A stretch of DNA of 63,992 bases, counting the filler, from Reticulomyxa filosa (lineage: Eukaryota; Protista; Foraminifera): the NCBI GenBank assembly GCA_000512085.1. It is 9 parts of 9 records of this genome, joined end to end, with 100 filler letters (N's around TTAATTAATTAA, not from the genome) between each part and the next. Parts side by side here need not be neighbours in the genome. Positions count along the whole stretch, not along the records: positions 1 to 6,626 come from ASPP01041120.1; positions 6,727 to 10,160 come from ASPP01004370.1; positions 10,261 to 11,835 come from ASPP01014017.1; 6 more parts are not named here. One strand, given 5' to 3'. Shown in pieces: positions 1 to 11,935 of the stretch (the stretch's first letter is position 1; every line of letters starts with the position of its first letter). Below the pieces are notes generated by a model. It was not told where the DNA came from, searched no databases, and saw nothing but the letters and a program-made list of their open reading frames with translations. Position numbers and translations under genes: made by a program.

Positions 1-272
1 TTGTTGGATAAAAAAGACAACATTTGATGATATTTTTGATTTTTCAAAAAAATCGAATGCCATTTGTTTGATACAAATAAAAAGACAATCTTCGCAACTT
101 ATAGGAGTAAGTTCAATTCGCATTTAAAAGAAAATTAGGCTTGAAATTGTTATATTTTATTAGTCATAATTTTTTCTTTAATAAAATTGTTTCAAAATGC
201 TAAAGTTAAGCGAATTTTTGTTGGATTTCGATTTTATATTAGCATTGAGATTTGAGGACCATGTGTATCTGA

Positions 273-1760
273 TTAGCCATTACTTCCAGCATAGCAGCAT
301 TTTTTTATGTTCGTATTTGCATTTGTATTTGTATTTATATTTTGCAATGGTTTCGCCGTTTTTACTTTGGTTTTCAATGCAAACGCTACAATTGATTCAA
401 AGTATATCTTATCTTCCACCTCTTTTCTTGGCTTTACAAATGTTGTTTCCATTGCCTCTTCCAATGCTCGTTGATTCATTTTGTGCTCTTCTTTTTGCTC
501 GCTGTAACTTATCTCTTGCACTTGTCTATCCTTTCGCTTTGCGTCCGTTTCTTCGTTCGACTTCACATAAGCATTGTGTTGAGAGGCCAGGAATTTCTAA
601 TATACCTTCGCCAAGTCATTAAAAAATTGCCATGGTGAGTCTGTTTTCCATGGCAATATTTGTTTTTTTGGAAAATGATGTCGAACTTTAGAACTGAGTT
701 TTTTCTTTGTCACTATTTTTGAAGACAGATTGAAGTGGGATTGAACAAGATATTTTCTTTAAAGCTACGCCAAAAAGAAAATTGCACAATGTCAAACAAA
801 GCTCTTCAAAGACGCGAATTCCAAACATAAAGAAGCACACAAAATACTTCGGAAAAAAAGCTAGACGATAGCAATATAAAAGACGGAGTATTGATATGTT
901 TCGAAAAAATACCAAACTTGTCCAAATTTTCAATTACTTGAGATCAATGGACAAATGCTCCTCTATTGGAATTTACATCTTTTGAATATCCCGACCATAG
1001 CATTGACATCCCACTCGTCCAGTTTCACTCCAAGAGAGTTTTTGTTGATCCTTTCTTCTATTTTTCGTCTCATTTGTTGAGTTCCATGCCAACAAACTTT
1101 TCACCTTTGCTAAAGTCAGGAGTGTCAGAGTATCTGACAGTCTAAAATCCAAACCAGTTCAATCCAAAATGTTTTTACAAAATAATGTGTCTCCAAAAAA
1201 AGATTGCAACTCCTTCAAATCCATGCTTCAACAAAATAATGCTGTCCACAACAATAACTCGTTTTGATTCAACTTTTTTTCAATCTCTTTGCTGATGACG
1301 GTAGACTGATGATTCAATTCAAATTCGTCTTGCGTATTTTTGTCTTCGATAATTACTATCCGTCGACTGATAATTTGCAGAGGTTCCATTTCCAGCTATT
1401 TCTCCATCCACACTTTTGCACGTGTTTTCACTATTAAGTCCACATCACCGACACATGCAAAGTATCTTTTTTTCATTCAATCATTAAATAAGAATGTCTT
1501 GTCAATACATCCTACGTTCACATTTCTCTTCTCTTTTCTTCTCTTAAAGCTGAGAAAATGTTTAGATAAAAAGAAAAAGCTGAGACTGACCAATGGTTTT
1601 GTCTTTAAGCAAGACACAGTCGCTCACTTCGAATAAGACTTCTTCATTGTGGCTGCCGTTCTCCAGTTGTTTGATAATTGTTTTCCTTGTGATAAACAAG
1701 CCATAGGGCCCTCTTTGGTGGTAGAGTAGTTGTTACCATTGTGATCTTTCATATTGAATT
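273..1760 (-). pseudogene. Decayed coding sequence, family unidentified
   Basis: Protein-like fragments (RRKIEERINKNSLGVKLDEWDVNAMVGIFK; ORF 273-566) are broken by many stops and frameshifts. Confidence 0.35.
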
Positions 1761-2639
1761 TGGCTAATCGTCTTTATTTGATCACATCTGCAAAAAGTCA
1801 ACAGATTGTTTTTTTTTAAGCTGTTAAAAATCGACATGCAATTCAACAAATTAAAAAAGGATTACAATACAACATAGGTATGTGTTTGTGTACATTATGT
1901 ATACATAATATGCAAGTATATTTTAAAAAACACCTTTTCTATTATAGTCAATTCAACTTGATTATTGACGGATAGTCACAAATACTTGAGTAGTGTGCAT
2001 AATTATAGTGATTTATTGTACGGTCTTGCATTGTTAGATCATCGACTGCTTCTATTCTTTCTTGTACATTTTTGCTGAGGAATACATTATTGAAGGAACT
2101 CTCCATGTTGGATATGGTTGAATTGTAGATTGTTTAAAGAAAGAAGAGCCAAAACTATATTCGTAATGTCGAAGAGAACTTTTTCTGAAAAGGGAAAACT
2201 TTCTCTCTAGAGAAAAATCATTACTCAAGAAAAAGTGATGATTCATTCAAAAAAAACAATTTTAATTTCAATTATCTGTAATTAATCAATTTTTTATAAC
2301 CAAAAATGAAATACTATACAAAATTTTTAACAATTTTTTTTCAATTTGTTGTTAAAAATGACAAAATATTACAAAAAATTGCAAATTTACATTTTTTTTA
2401 ATAGACATTTGTGAATTGTGTCTACGTCTTGTTTAAGAAAAAAAGGTCTTTTTTTTTCTTTGGTTGTAATCTATCTTTAGTACCAGTTCATAATTAAGGC
2501 TCCAATCGTCTTCTTCGCAATACTAGTATGTCTCTTTTCTTTTTTCAAGTTATTTTGCAACTAAAAAGTTGTTTTGTTTTGCTTTGTTTGAACAGTTCGC
2601 AAACTCCAAAAAAAATAAAAAAAAGATGTCATTTTTGTT

Positions 2640-5290
2640 TGGATGCCGTGCATCCTTCTGCAAGAGAAAAAAAATAATTGATTATGGGGTAAGGCCCCCC
2701 GTCTCCGCAAGGAGTACTAATGGTTTGATATATATTTATATATATTTTTTTTACTTAATTAACTTTGTTGTTTTTTGATTAACAGCCTCAACCCGTCTGT
2801 CCCAAAAAAAAAATTGTATACATCCACATCCACACCACATCCAAAGAAAAACTTCGGGGTTGAAGCCACCCAACATTCAAAAAAAAATAAAAGAGTTTAT
2901 ATTTTCTGTTTTTTTTATTTTTTTTTTTTTATCAAACGTTTGTATATTTGTGAACAGGCATGCCCCCATCAAAAAAAATGTATTTACCCCCTCCCCGTTG
3001 CAAAAAAAAAAAGATATAGGTGATTAGAATGTGAGCTTTTAGCTCGACAGCGAAAGTATGTTTTTGTTTATTTTTGTTAAAAATAAACAAAATTTTCAAT
3101 TTTTATTTATTTATAGGGTTCAAGAATCAAAAAAAAAAGATTGTAAAGTTTTATTTTTTATATATTTTTTATTTGTGTTTGAGATGAGAGGGATAGGAAC
3201 AATTTGGGGGGAAAGAAAATATGATGGAAAAATTAGGGAAAAAAATTGGGAAAATTTAGGGGAAAATAAAATAAATGGAAAATGAAAAATGGGAAAAATT
3301 TATTTAAGAAAATTGAAAAAAAAAATGAAGAATGAAAAATAAAAAAGAAGGGAAAAAAATTGGAAAATGAAAAAGAAAAAAAAAAAGAAGACAATGTGAA
3401 AAAATAATAAAAAAGAAAAAAAGATTAAAAATATATCAAAATAAAAAAGATAGAAATATATAAAAAGAAAAAAGAAAAAAAGAAAATGAAAAAAAGATAA
3501 AAAAAAAAAATTGTGACAATGAGGAGCGTAGACTGATCGCTCATATAAATGGATTGTGTACGTGCGCGTTTTCGCACTTTGTATTTTAGATTGTAAGTTG
3601 TTGTAGGGGGGGAGATTTGGAAAGAACTTGTCGCATCAATGAAGGCGCACAAGTCTATGCGAACAAAGTTGGTGTGGCAAATCACCAAGAAGGAGCCGAA
3701 CTTCAATATATAGTCACCAACAAACAATGGAGGCTAATTGTTATCGAAATGGCGCTAACTTCGTGAACATAGAACAATAATCGAATCTCGTCGTATGCAT
3801 GCGCGCAATACTTTATATTCGTCTCAATTGGTGAACAATGGAGCGTTGGTTGCCAATTTGCATTCGTCTGAATTGGATTTGTGTCTGGAGAATCGTCCCA
3901 TGTGAAAATGTCCTAGTTCGTGAAGGAGTTTTGCAAAACTCTACCAAGACACCAGGAAGCAAAAGATGGAGATGATAGGATGATGAATAGAAGAAAAAGA
4001 AATTGGAGCCATATCGCGTTTGGTAAGTTTTTAAAAAAAATAAACAGAATGAAAAAAAAGAAAACTGTTATATTGCGCAAAGTAAGAACGACATCAACAT
4101 TATGATGTAGCAACGGCGGCAGTGGCTGGATTGACGAAGAAGTTGAGAACGGTGAAGAAAAAGAAAACATTAGCTTGTGATCGAGCAAACTACACTACAT
4201 TGGACAAATCATCTCATGAAAGAGTGGTTCAATTAGTTCGAGACGCACAAGACACCGGCAAGCAAGAAGAAAAAGAGTAGAAAGAGGATGATTTGTTTAA
4301 AAGAGAAAAAAACAACCAATCGACCGACTTTATTAACTTTGGTTTGGAATTACTTCATACGCAAAGTCGCCACTCGCAGGGCAGACCAACTTCCCATATT
4401 GCGCCCCAATGAAAAATGTTAAAAAAATATTTCAACATCTAGCAGTGGTACCCGAAGTGTTTGAAAGAACCTGTTTGCCATCAGCGTATACGATACAAGT
4501 CTCTGGCGCTGTGCCATGCAAACAATTATCCGCAAATATAATGTCCAACTGCGATCTACCGGTGCCAATGGCCAAGGGAAGCTCTGTCGTTATGGAAATA
4601 CTTACTTTTATAAACACAGCACAACAGTCGAAACGCATAGATTGTGTACTCATGTCGAAACTGGTCGTGAACGTGCGCACATGCGCAAATTTGGACTTTG
4701 GATCATGGACGTGCTGATTGGAGAAATCGTAAGTCGCAGGCAATATTGAGAATCGACAATTCTTGAATAAATAGAGTTTGTTGTATTTTCCGGTTCCATC
4801 GTTGCAATAGTGGTTTGCTTTGCGTTTGTCGAACAAACGCACATAATCTTTGCCGAACTGCCTCCACGATCGACAATTAACTACGGACGACATGTTGGAT
4901 GGCACTCAAGAAAACTGGAAAGAAGAATAGCAACAAATACGTCCAAAAAAAAAATGCAAATGGTACCATTTCTCATCGGATTGCCGATCCAAAAATTGTT
5001 GAATAAATGCATTAGTGATAGATCGAGAATTTCCAGTAACGACAACCGCCAAGGCCAAAGCGTGTTTTTTATCACAAGGGCGATTAGAGTGAATGAATTT
5101 GTTAGTTAGAAAATATCAATTTTATAACTGCATTGGAACAGTGGAAAAAAAGTATACAGTTCAATCGTCGACGGTCTGGATCTTGGCGCTGTCAAGAACA
5201 AAGAAAAAAAAAAGACGTGATGATATCGCTCAAAATGGAAACGATATCGATATTGCTATATCGCAACAACAGCAGCGACTGAAGAAATGA
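2640..5290 (+). repeat. Degenerate multi-kb repeated cassette, copy A
   Basis: Collinear with 45350-47880 (-): GGGGT..CCCCGTCTCCGNAAGGAG motif, then a long purine tract, then about 2.3 kb later an IG..IQ...CIS..RI.SN coding remnant. Confidence 0.5.
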
Positions 5291-6626
5291 AGAAAAAAAT
5301 AAGAGGATGCGGACGTTGTAGGAAATAAATAATCGCATATGACCTGTCGATTAAGACACTATCACATGAAACTCTTCTTCCGATATCGTGACTCAATTTG
5401 GTGGGGAAACTCAAGCCGACATCACCAGCAGGCAAGAAGAGGAAAACAGAAGGAGGAAGATGCGATGATGAATAGAAAAAAATTCGAGAATATTGCGTTG
5501 AATTTGTTTTAAATAGAAAAAAGATCATCTGCAACTTCAGTTATGAAATCGCCTTTCACGCCCACGAGTGGCGGCTTTGCGCACTTGTGCATGGACTAAT
5601 GCGCCTACAATGGCAGCTTCTTGTCAAGTGTGAAAATGTCAAGTGCAGCGCCAGTGATGATTATAATGACGACAACAAAATGCAGTCCATGTCATCTTTT
5701 ACTCTGTTGTCAATTGTTTTAACACGTTGGACTGGTGTTGTTCGCCCCAATATTTGGGTACCGCTGCTGTATTTTACGATTTAATTTGTGTACGGAAGAG
5801 AATGTTGTAAACATGTATTAAAAAAGGAACAACGTCTTGCCAGTCGATAATTGGATCGACGATTCAAAAACCAGTCCATCATTTATCAAATCAAGAAAAA
5901 GCTTGGATATTGGCAATGTCGGTGGCACTGGGCTCTTTTCACATGGGTTTGCTGTTATTTTGATTGGCCATTTATGTGCGTCTGTCCAAGTTCCTGGTAC
6001 CTGTTGTTAAATCTTATTTGGGTCCATTGCTTGAAAAAGTCTTTGTATGTACATATTCAATAACTAATCGCAACACAGAATTTTTATACGTATATTGATT
6101 ATTTATTTGTGTGTATGTGATATTTGTTGCTTCAAATTTTTGTAATAGATATTTCAAGGTGTATCAATAAAATGTTGTGATTTGGATGGATACGTTTTTG
6201 CTGTTTGCATTGCCATTTGTGCTGCAGTGAGTTCCCAGTGACAATGGAAATTGTGACAGCAATCGCAACAATATCGATGGTTGTATACATGAATGCAAAA
6301 GTGGCAACCTCATGGTCGAATTGTTGCTGAGGAAACACAATATGTTATCGAATCATTGAAGTCGCACTACAACGCATGCGCCTGTCGTTTCTCCAATACA
6401 TTTATTTGTTCATTATTGAACAAGTATCTAATTGACGATGTGCATCAAGTATGGATCATTGTCTGCGTTTTGAATGACGTAGAATTTGGGAAAAAAAATT
6501 GGAGGTCCATAGCGTGTAATGTGGCTCATGATGGTTTAAAAGTGGTGAGCTGGCTGTTGTCGTGATTATATGCGCAACCCACATCCAAGTTAATTTTTTT
6601 TTATAATGTGATTGAAATATTTATGA

Positions 6627-6726
6627 NNNNNNNNNNNNNNNNNNNNNNNNNNNNNNNNNNNNNNNNNNNNTTAATTAATTAANNNNNNNNNNNNNNNNNN
6701 NNNNNNNNNNNNNNNNNNNNNNNNNN
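6627..6726. other. Artificial contig spacer (N44-TTAATTAATTAA-N44)
   Basis: Identical 100-nt unit with stops in all six frames, recurring eight times in the window. Confidence 0.98.
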
Positions 6727-7759
6727 TCTCTGTCTCTTTCCCTATCTCTGTCTCTATTTCTATCGCGATCCCCTCGATGATAGTAATTTCTTTTTTTTTT
6801 CATTCCAAAAGCGGCCCCTTCGACGTCTCCCGATTCTTCATTTTTATGTTGAAACACATCATTGTCGGCCATCATCTCGCCACTGTCTTCATTTTCAAAT
6901 CGCTTTCCAAAGCGTGACTTTTTGGAATTACTTATTTTGTTACTATTGTTTCGAGAATGCGATCGCGATCTTGATCTCGAGTTTGATTTTGATTTTGATT
7001 TTGATTTCGATGATTTTGGTCGTGATCTTGACCGCGATTGTGAATGTGAATACGAGTGCGACCGCGAACGCGGGCGTGGATGTGAGTGTGAGCGCGATCG
7101 CAATTTGGGCTGAGAGCTGTGTTTTCGGGATTTCGAGGAAGAGCGTGAACGAGTAACAGATCTTCGTTTTGTTGCGGGTGGAGACTTTGAATGTCGTCCA
7201 CTGCCACGCTGATCTCTTTCGCGACCGCCACTTTGGCTGCTCTTTCGACCCGATGTATTGCTTTCTGGTTTGCTCCCTTCGTTGTCTCTATTGTCAACAA
7301 ACATTGTATTCAAAAACTTGATTTCGCAAAATCGATAGTTGCACTTTTTTTTTTTTTTTTAAACAAAATTATTTTATTTATTAATTCATTTTGGCAATGT
7401 CAAAAAAAAAAAAAAAAAAAAAAAGACTCAACGAATCAGGACGCAAAACTCTTCCAAACTCGTCGACATTTAATTTGTCCTATTTCCACGTAGGGGGAGG
7501 GGACAAGGGAAGATTCGATGTGGAATTTTTTTTGTGAGTTCTCCTTTCCCGTCAGGGGAGGGGCGAGAAAGGGGAAATACGACATATGTCGGCGAACAAG
7601 ATGGACTAAGCATTTTTGCAAACCTGGAGATGAGATCGAGACTTTGTTCGGTCATTTCTATCTCTATCTCTGTGTCAGTACAACCATTGCAAAGCCATTT
7701 GTGTTGGAAAGTGGACACTTTGTGTTTCAAGACCTTGTCTTGTGTCTTGAATGATCCAT
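6727..7759 (-). CDS. Arg/Ser-rich (RS-domain) protein, 5' part, truncated at contig end
   Basis: Spliceable in frame: MDHSRHKTR|DRDRNDRTKSRSHLQ|DKLNVDEFGRVLRPDS|DNEG..., then RS/SK/RD dipeptide tracts (ORF 6675-7313). The GT-AG introns keep phase. Confidence 0.65.
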
Positions 7760-8269
7760 GTCGAACTTTAGGACGAAATGGAAATGAACAACTTAATAAA
7801 AAAATTTCAACGCTTTCTTATGCAAAAACAAGGTTATATTACAAATCGATATCGCATATGCAACTATTTTCGTCTAGGGTCTTTTTCGTTTGCTGAATTA
7901 CAAGTTTCCTGCTGAGATTTACAAAATTTTTAAAAAATTTGTAAGCAATATTTAATTGAATATTTTTATCTATTTGTAAGTAAGAAGAGATCTATGTGTA
8001 CAATAAACAATAATGAAGTTAAACATTTAATGAGAATTTGATGTGTAAAATTTTAATTGTTTAAACGACTAACTTTTTTCAATTTTTTTTTAGATTTCAT
8101 AGTCAGTCTTTCGTCATTTTGAATTTCATGTTTTTTGTTTTTTCTTGTAAATAATGAAATGTTTAGTTGTGTGAAAAAATATCTCATGACAAGAAAAACT
8201 TTTTTGTCTTCCGAAGCAGAAAAAACCATAATAATTTTAAAAACAAAAAAAAGAAAAAACAAAAAACAA

Positions 8270-10119
8270 ACTAAATCTTTCGCTTGGTCAAGATTTCTAT
8301 GTATTCTCGTAAATTTTGGGCAATAACTGCTGCACAATATTCCCAGCCCGTCATACATTGATCTGATATTTGTTCATTGTTTCAAAAAACAGGACAATGT
8401 CGATAATTGTTTGCTGTGACTGAAGAGATGGATATTGACTTACCTAAGTAGTAATGTGATTGCACAAATGGACAATCCGATTTGTGCTGTTGAATGATAT
8501 TCAATTCATTGCTTGAGTTAATATCAGTTGTGGCAATGCGCGGTCGTTTGGCACTTGGTCCAATATTGGCATTGCCATTTTGTTGGGATTCGTTGGTGTC
8601 GTGGGACCCTTCCATTTCTTCACGTTTTCGCTTGAGTCGTTTGGTGGGCGCTATTGAATTGTTTTGAGCATTGCTGTTTTCTTTTGTTTCGGTGTTTTCT
8701 TCAGGGATTGGTTCAAAGATTGCTTCTAATTTATATTTGTGTCCTGTGATATCAATCGTTGTTTCTTTTGCTGTGGTTCTGTTATGTCACCTATCACACA
8801 TCCATATCGTTTAATTGTGTTTCTTTTCAAACGGAAAAACAAACAAAATTTTCTTTTTTTTTTAAAAAAAAAAAATAAAGGGAACGAACAAGAAAGAAGA
8901 GAGGAAAAAAAAAAGTGAAATAATTTTTTTGGTTATGACAACAAAAAAGCACCCAACTAATTTCTTCATCATTATACTTTTCATTGTCATTGTCATTGTC
9001 ATTGTCATGATTCGTTTGATCTGCGATAAATTTGGTATATGGGCGTTTCCGAGGATTAATTGATGAGTTTATGGTTGAAGATTTTTTCATTTTTTTATTT
9101 TTTGTCATGGTCACTTCATCATTGCCTAGTTTCGGTTGATTTTCATCCAAGAGATCAACCCATATACACATATATGTAATATATTGTATTTTTTCACTTG
9201 TAGCAAAGAAAAAGAAATAAATCAACTAGGACAGATCGAAAGTGTATGTAATGTACACAAAAAAAAAAAAGGGGAAAATGGAGGGAAAAAAAAAAAAGAA
9301 ATCTTTTTGGAAAAGATTAAACCATTGGTAGGTTGTCGAATCTCTGTGCTGTTGAGTTGAGACAACGATCTTTTTTTATTTTGAGTGGATGGGTTGGAGC
9401 GATTGAATGAATGGTCAAGATCGGTAGACTCCATGGGTTCGGCAAGTTCTTCAGACGGCCGATTCGTGTTCAACAAATAACATCTGCGAGGCCATTGGCA
9501 GTTGGTTTCGGTGCTTTCCAAAGATGTAGTTTTGCGTTGGTAGTTGATTGTTCGACTCGTGATATCGCCAAAGTCAGCAGGTGATTGTAGTGTTGAGGTC
9601 GGATAAATGTCCAAGTCCACTTGGCGATTCATTGGGGACTTTAATGTCAAACCCAACTCCGACAATTGATTTGTGATCAAATGAGCTTCGTGTTTGTACA
9701 TTTCGTTATTTATTGCAAATGTCGCTTGTGTGTTACTCTATTTGTGTGTTCACCCCACCCCACCCCACCCCACCTCATTTACAGTGACTGTTGGATTCTA
9801 TGGCTAATTGTGTTTGTATATGTGTGTATATTTAAAAAGAGAGGAGATAAATCAATACAAATATGACACCACTTACATTGGTCTTGAATGGGTTTGTGTT
9901 GGCTAATGGACTCGGATCTTGTAGCTCTGCAGCGGCGGCGGGATGAACATCTGAAGGAGCAAAGGTTTGTTCCATGGCCAATTCAAAGGGACTTAAGGAG
10001 ACGCAGGTATTGCAATATTTGCACTCCATCGTGAGTACATTGGGGTTGCCATGACACGTTGTCGAATCTCTTTGATTCCCTGCCCTTAAAGACCATCCGC
10101 AGCTGACCAACAATAAGAT

Positions 10120-10120
<1 letters not shown>
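8270..10120 (-). CDS. NIPA/Rsm1 (ZC3HC1)-like zinc-finger protein, 3' part, multi-exon
   Basis: LVSCGW...MECKYCNTCVSL (9832-10113) and a distal IIQQHKSDCPF (about 8465-8500) are separated by a long disordered insert, as in the split C2...HC finger of NIPA/Rsm1. The 5' end is missing. Confidence 0.5.
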
Positions 10121-10160
<40 letters not shown>

Positions 10161-10260
10161 NNNNNNNNNNNNNNNNNNNNNNNNNNNNNNNNNNNNNNNN
10201 NNNNTTAATTAATTAANNNNNNNNNNNNNNNNNNNNNNNNNNNNNNNNNNNNNNNNNNNN
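10161..10260. other. Artificial contig spacer
   Basis: Same N44-TTAATTAATTAA-N44 unit. Confidence 0.98.
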
Positions 10261-10357
10261 CTAGATGGTTGCTCAAGCACCGGAACCACCAAATTGTGCG
10301 GATTGCATCAACTTCTGCGTCCCGACGGGCTGCACGTTTCTTGATTTTCTCTGACAT
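10261..10357 (-). CDS. Bacterial hypothetical protein, N-terminus only (MSEKIKKRAARRDAEVDAIRTIWWF...)
   Basis: ATG at 10357, divergent from the AlpA-like gene; open to the contig end. Confidence 0.5.
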
Positions 10358-10519
10358 GAAAGTATTAAACAAAATCGGCATATATCATTGAATTCAATCG
10401 ACTACCTTACAGCCGCACAAGCAAAAAGAGCAACTTTAAGCGTAAAGGTATAGGTTTCGCGCCAAGTGAACGGTTGATAGCATCCAGTCATTACCAGCGT
10501 GACTGCACGTAACTGAGAA

Positions 10520-10810
10520 ATGACCAAATCCAAAAGTGAAGAGCAGCTAGCGGCGTTGCTTGAGCAAGATCTGTTGAGTAAGCATGGCCCGATGATGACT
10601 GGTGAGGATCTGTGTGCCGCGCTGGGCTATCCGTCCCAAGAAGCGTTTCGGCAGGCAGTCGCACGCAAGACGATACCCATTCCGATTTTCGGCATTGAGA
10701 AACGACGCGGGAAGTTTGCGCTGACCAAAGATGTGGCGGCGTGGCTTGCTGCACAGCACGCACGTGCTATTGAACCATCGTCCCCGTCAAAGGAAGGAGA
10801 AACCCCATGA
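10520..10810 (+). CDS. AlpA/excisionase-like small DNA-binding protein of a proteobacterial genomic island
   Basis: 96 aa with GPMMTGEDLCAALGYPSQEAFRQA...IPIF...RRGKFALTKDVAAWL, a wHTH pattern; GC-rich and intronless. Confidence 0.75.
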   Translation: MTKSKSEEQLAALLEQDLLSKHGPMMTGEDLCAALGYPSQEAFRQAVARKTIPIPIFGIEKRRGKFALTKDVAAWLAAQHARAIEPSSPSKEGETP

Positions 10811-10831
10811 GTTAACGTCAGCGGAGGGCAG

Positions 10832-10869
10832 AAAGTGAAAAGGGCCTGCGAGTTCCCGCTCGCAAGCCC
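10832..10869 (-). terminator. Intrinsic terminator
   Basis: Minus strand GGGCUUGCGAG-cgggaa-CUCGCAGGCCC-UUUUCACUUUC: an 11-bp stem that is fully paired only on the minus strand (G-U there, C-A on plus), followed by a U tract. Confidence 0.65.
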
Positions 10870-10895
10870 CTGTACAGCTTTGAATAACCATTCAG
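10832..10895 (-). ncRNA. Candidate counter-transcribed antisense RNA (about 65 nt)
   Basis: Lies between a minus-strand sigma70-like promoter and a minus-strand intrinsic terminator; no ORF. Confidence 0.5.
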
Positions 10896-10900
10896 CGCTG

Positions 10901-10930
10901 AGTATCTTTTACCCCTCTTCCCCCTGTCAA
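10901..10930 (-). promoter_or_regulatory. Sigma70-like promoter TTGACA-N18-GATACT
   Basis: Perfect -35 (10925-10930) and a lambda PL-type -10 (10901-10906) on the minus strand. Confidence 0.55.
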
Positions 10931-11022
10931 TACTGAACCCGCCTTGGGAGGCTTCGTCACGTCTGTTTGATGTGCGAAGCCCCCAAGGTGTCGAGCCTGT
11001 TGTTTCTCAAAAGGCTGACCAT

Positions 11023-11835
11023 ATGGCTAACAGGAGGATCGACATGCGGCATATCCGCGATGTCCTCATCTATCTTTTTGACCGAAGACTTTCCAAGCTA
11101 CAAGCCGCTGCCGTTGCCGGTATCCATCGCTCTACCGTCACGGAATACCTGGAGCGCTTCACGAAGGCCGGCTTGACCTGGCCGCTGCCGGCCGACCTGG
11201 ACGACAGCACGCTGGAGCATCTGCTGTTCCCGGCACTGAATGCCCGAAAACGAGCTGCCGTCGCCATCGACTTTGCCAGCATCCATGCGGAAATGCGGAA
11301 GCGTGGGGCCACGCTCTCCATATTGCATGCAGAGTGGTTGGAGCAAGCGCCAGCTGATCAACAGCTTGGGTATTCGCAATTTTGCAGACAATACGGCGCT
11401 TACAAGCGATCACTGCGTATCTCGATGCGACGTGCCGAAGTGTATGGCGAAACCGCCTATGTTGATTACTCGGGCATGACGATTGGCATTACTAATCCGG
11501 TCACTGGAGAAATCCGCACGGCACAGGTGTTTATCGGCGTTCTGGGGGGCTCGAACTACACCTATTGTGAAGTCACCTGGACGCAACGTTCTCGCGACTG
11601 GATCTCCTCACACATCAGGATGTTCGAGTATTTTGGCGGCGCTTCTCGCATCATCGTACCGGACAATTTGAAAGCCGCTGTTACCAAGGCGGATCGGATT
11701 TCCCCAGTGCTGAACGAAACCTATAACGCCATGTGCCGGTACTATGGTGTAGTGCCATTCCCTGCGCGCTCTCGTCGTCCGCAGGACAAGGCCCGTGCAG
11801 AGGGTGGGGTTCTACTGCAATCCACCCAAGCTAAG
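11023..11835 (+). mobile_element. istA: IS21-family transposase IstA, 3'-truncated
   Basis: N-terminal HTH (IHRSTVTEYL..F..AGLTWPLP), GYSQFC, SMR...GE.AYVDYSG, FIGVLGGSNYTY, FEYFGG...IVPDNLKAAV, PAR.RRPQDKARAEGGV; DDE residues present. Confidence 0.93.
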
Positions 11836-11935
11836 NNNNNNNNNNNNNNNNNNNNNNNNNNNNNNNNNNNNNNNNNNNNTTAATTAATTAANNNNNNNNN
11901 NNNNNNNNNNNNNNNNNNNNNNNNNNNNNNNNNNN
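11836..11935. other. Artificial contig spacer
   Basis: Same unit. Confidence 0.98.

Noticed and set aside
2683-2727. Hammerhead or HDV ribozyme in the GC-rich motif (also 47806-47850)
   Set aside because: No CUGANGA core is in the required position and no nested double pseudoknot is evident.
5760-6060. Penelope-like RT remnant (IKIT...FLDL on the minus strand)
   Set aside because: Only a few residues match; no YxDD or GIY-YIG motif was found.
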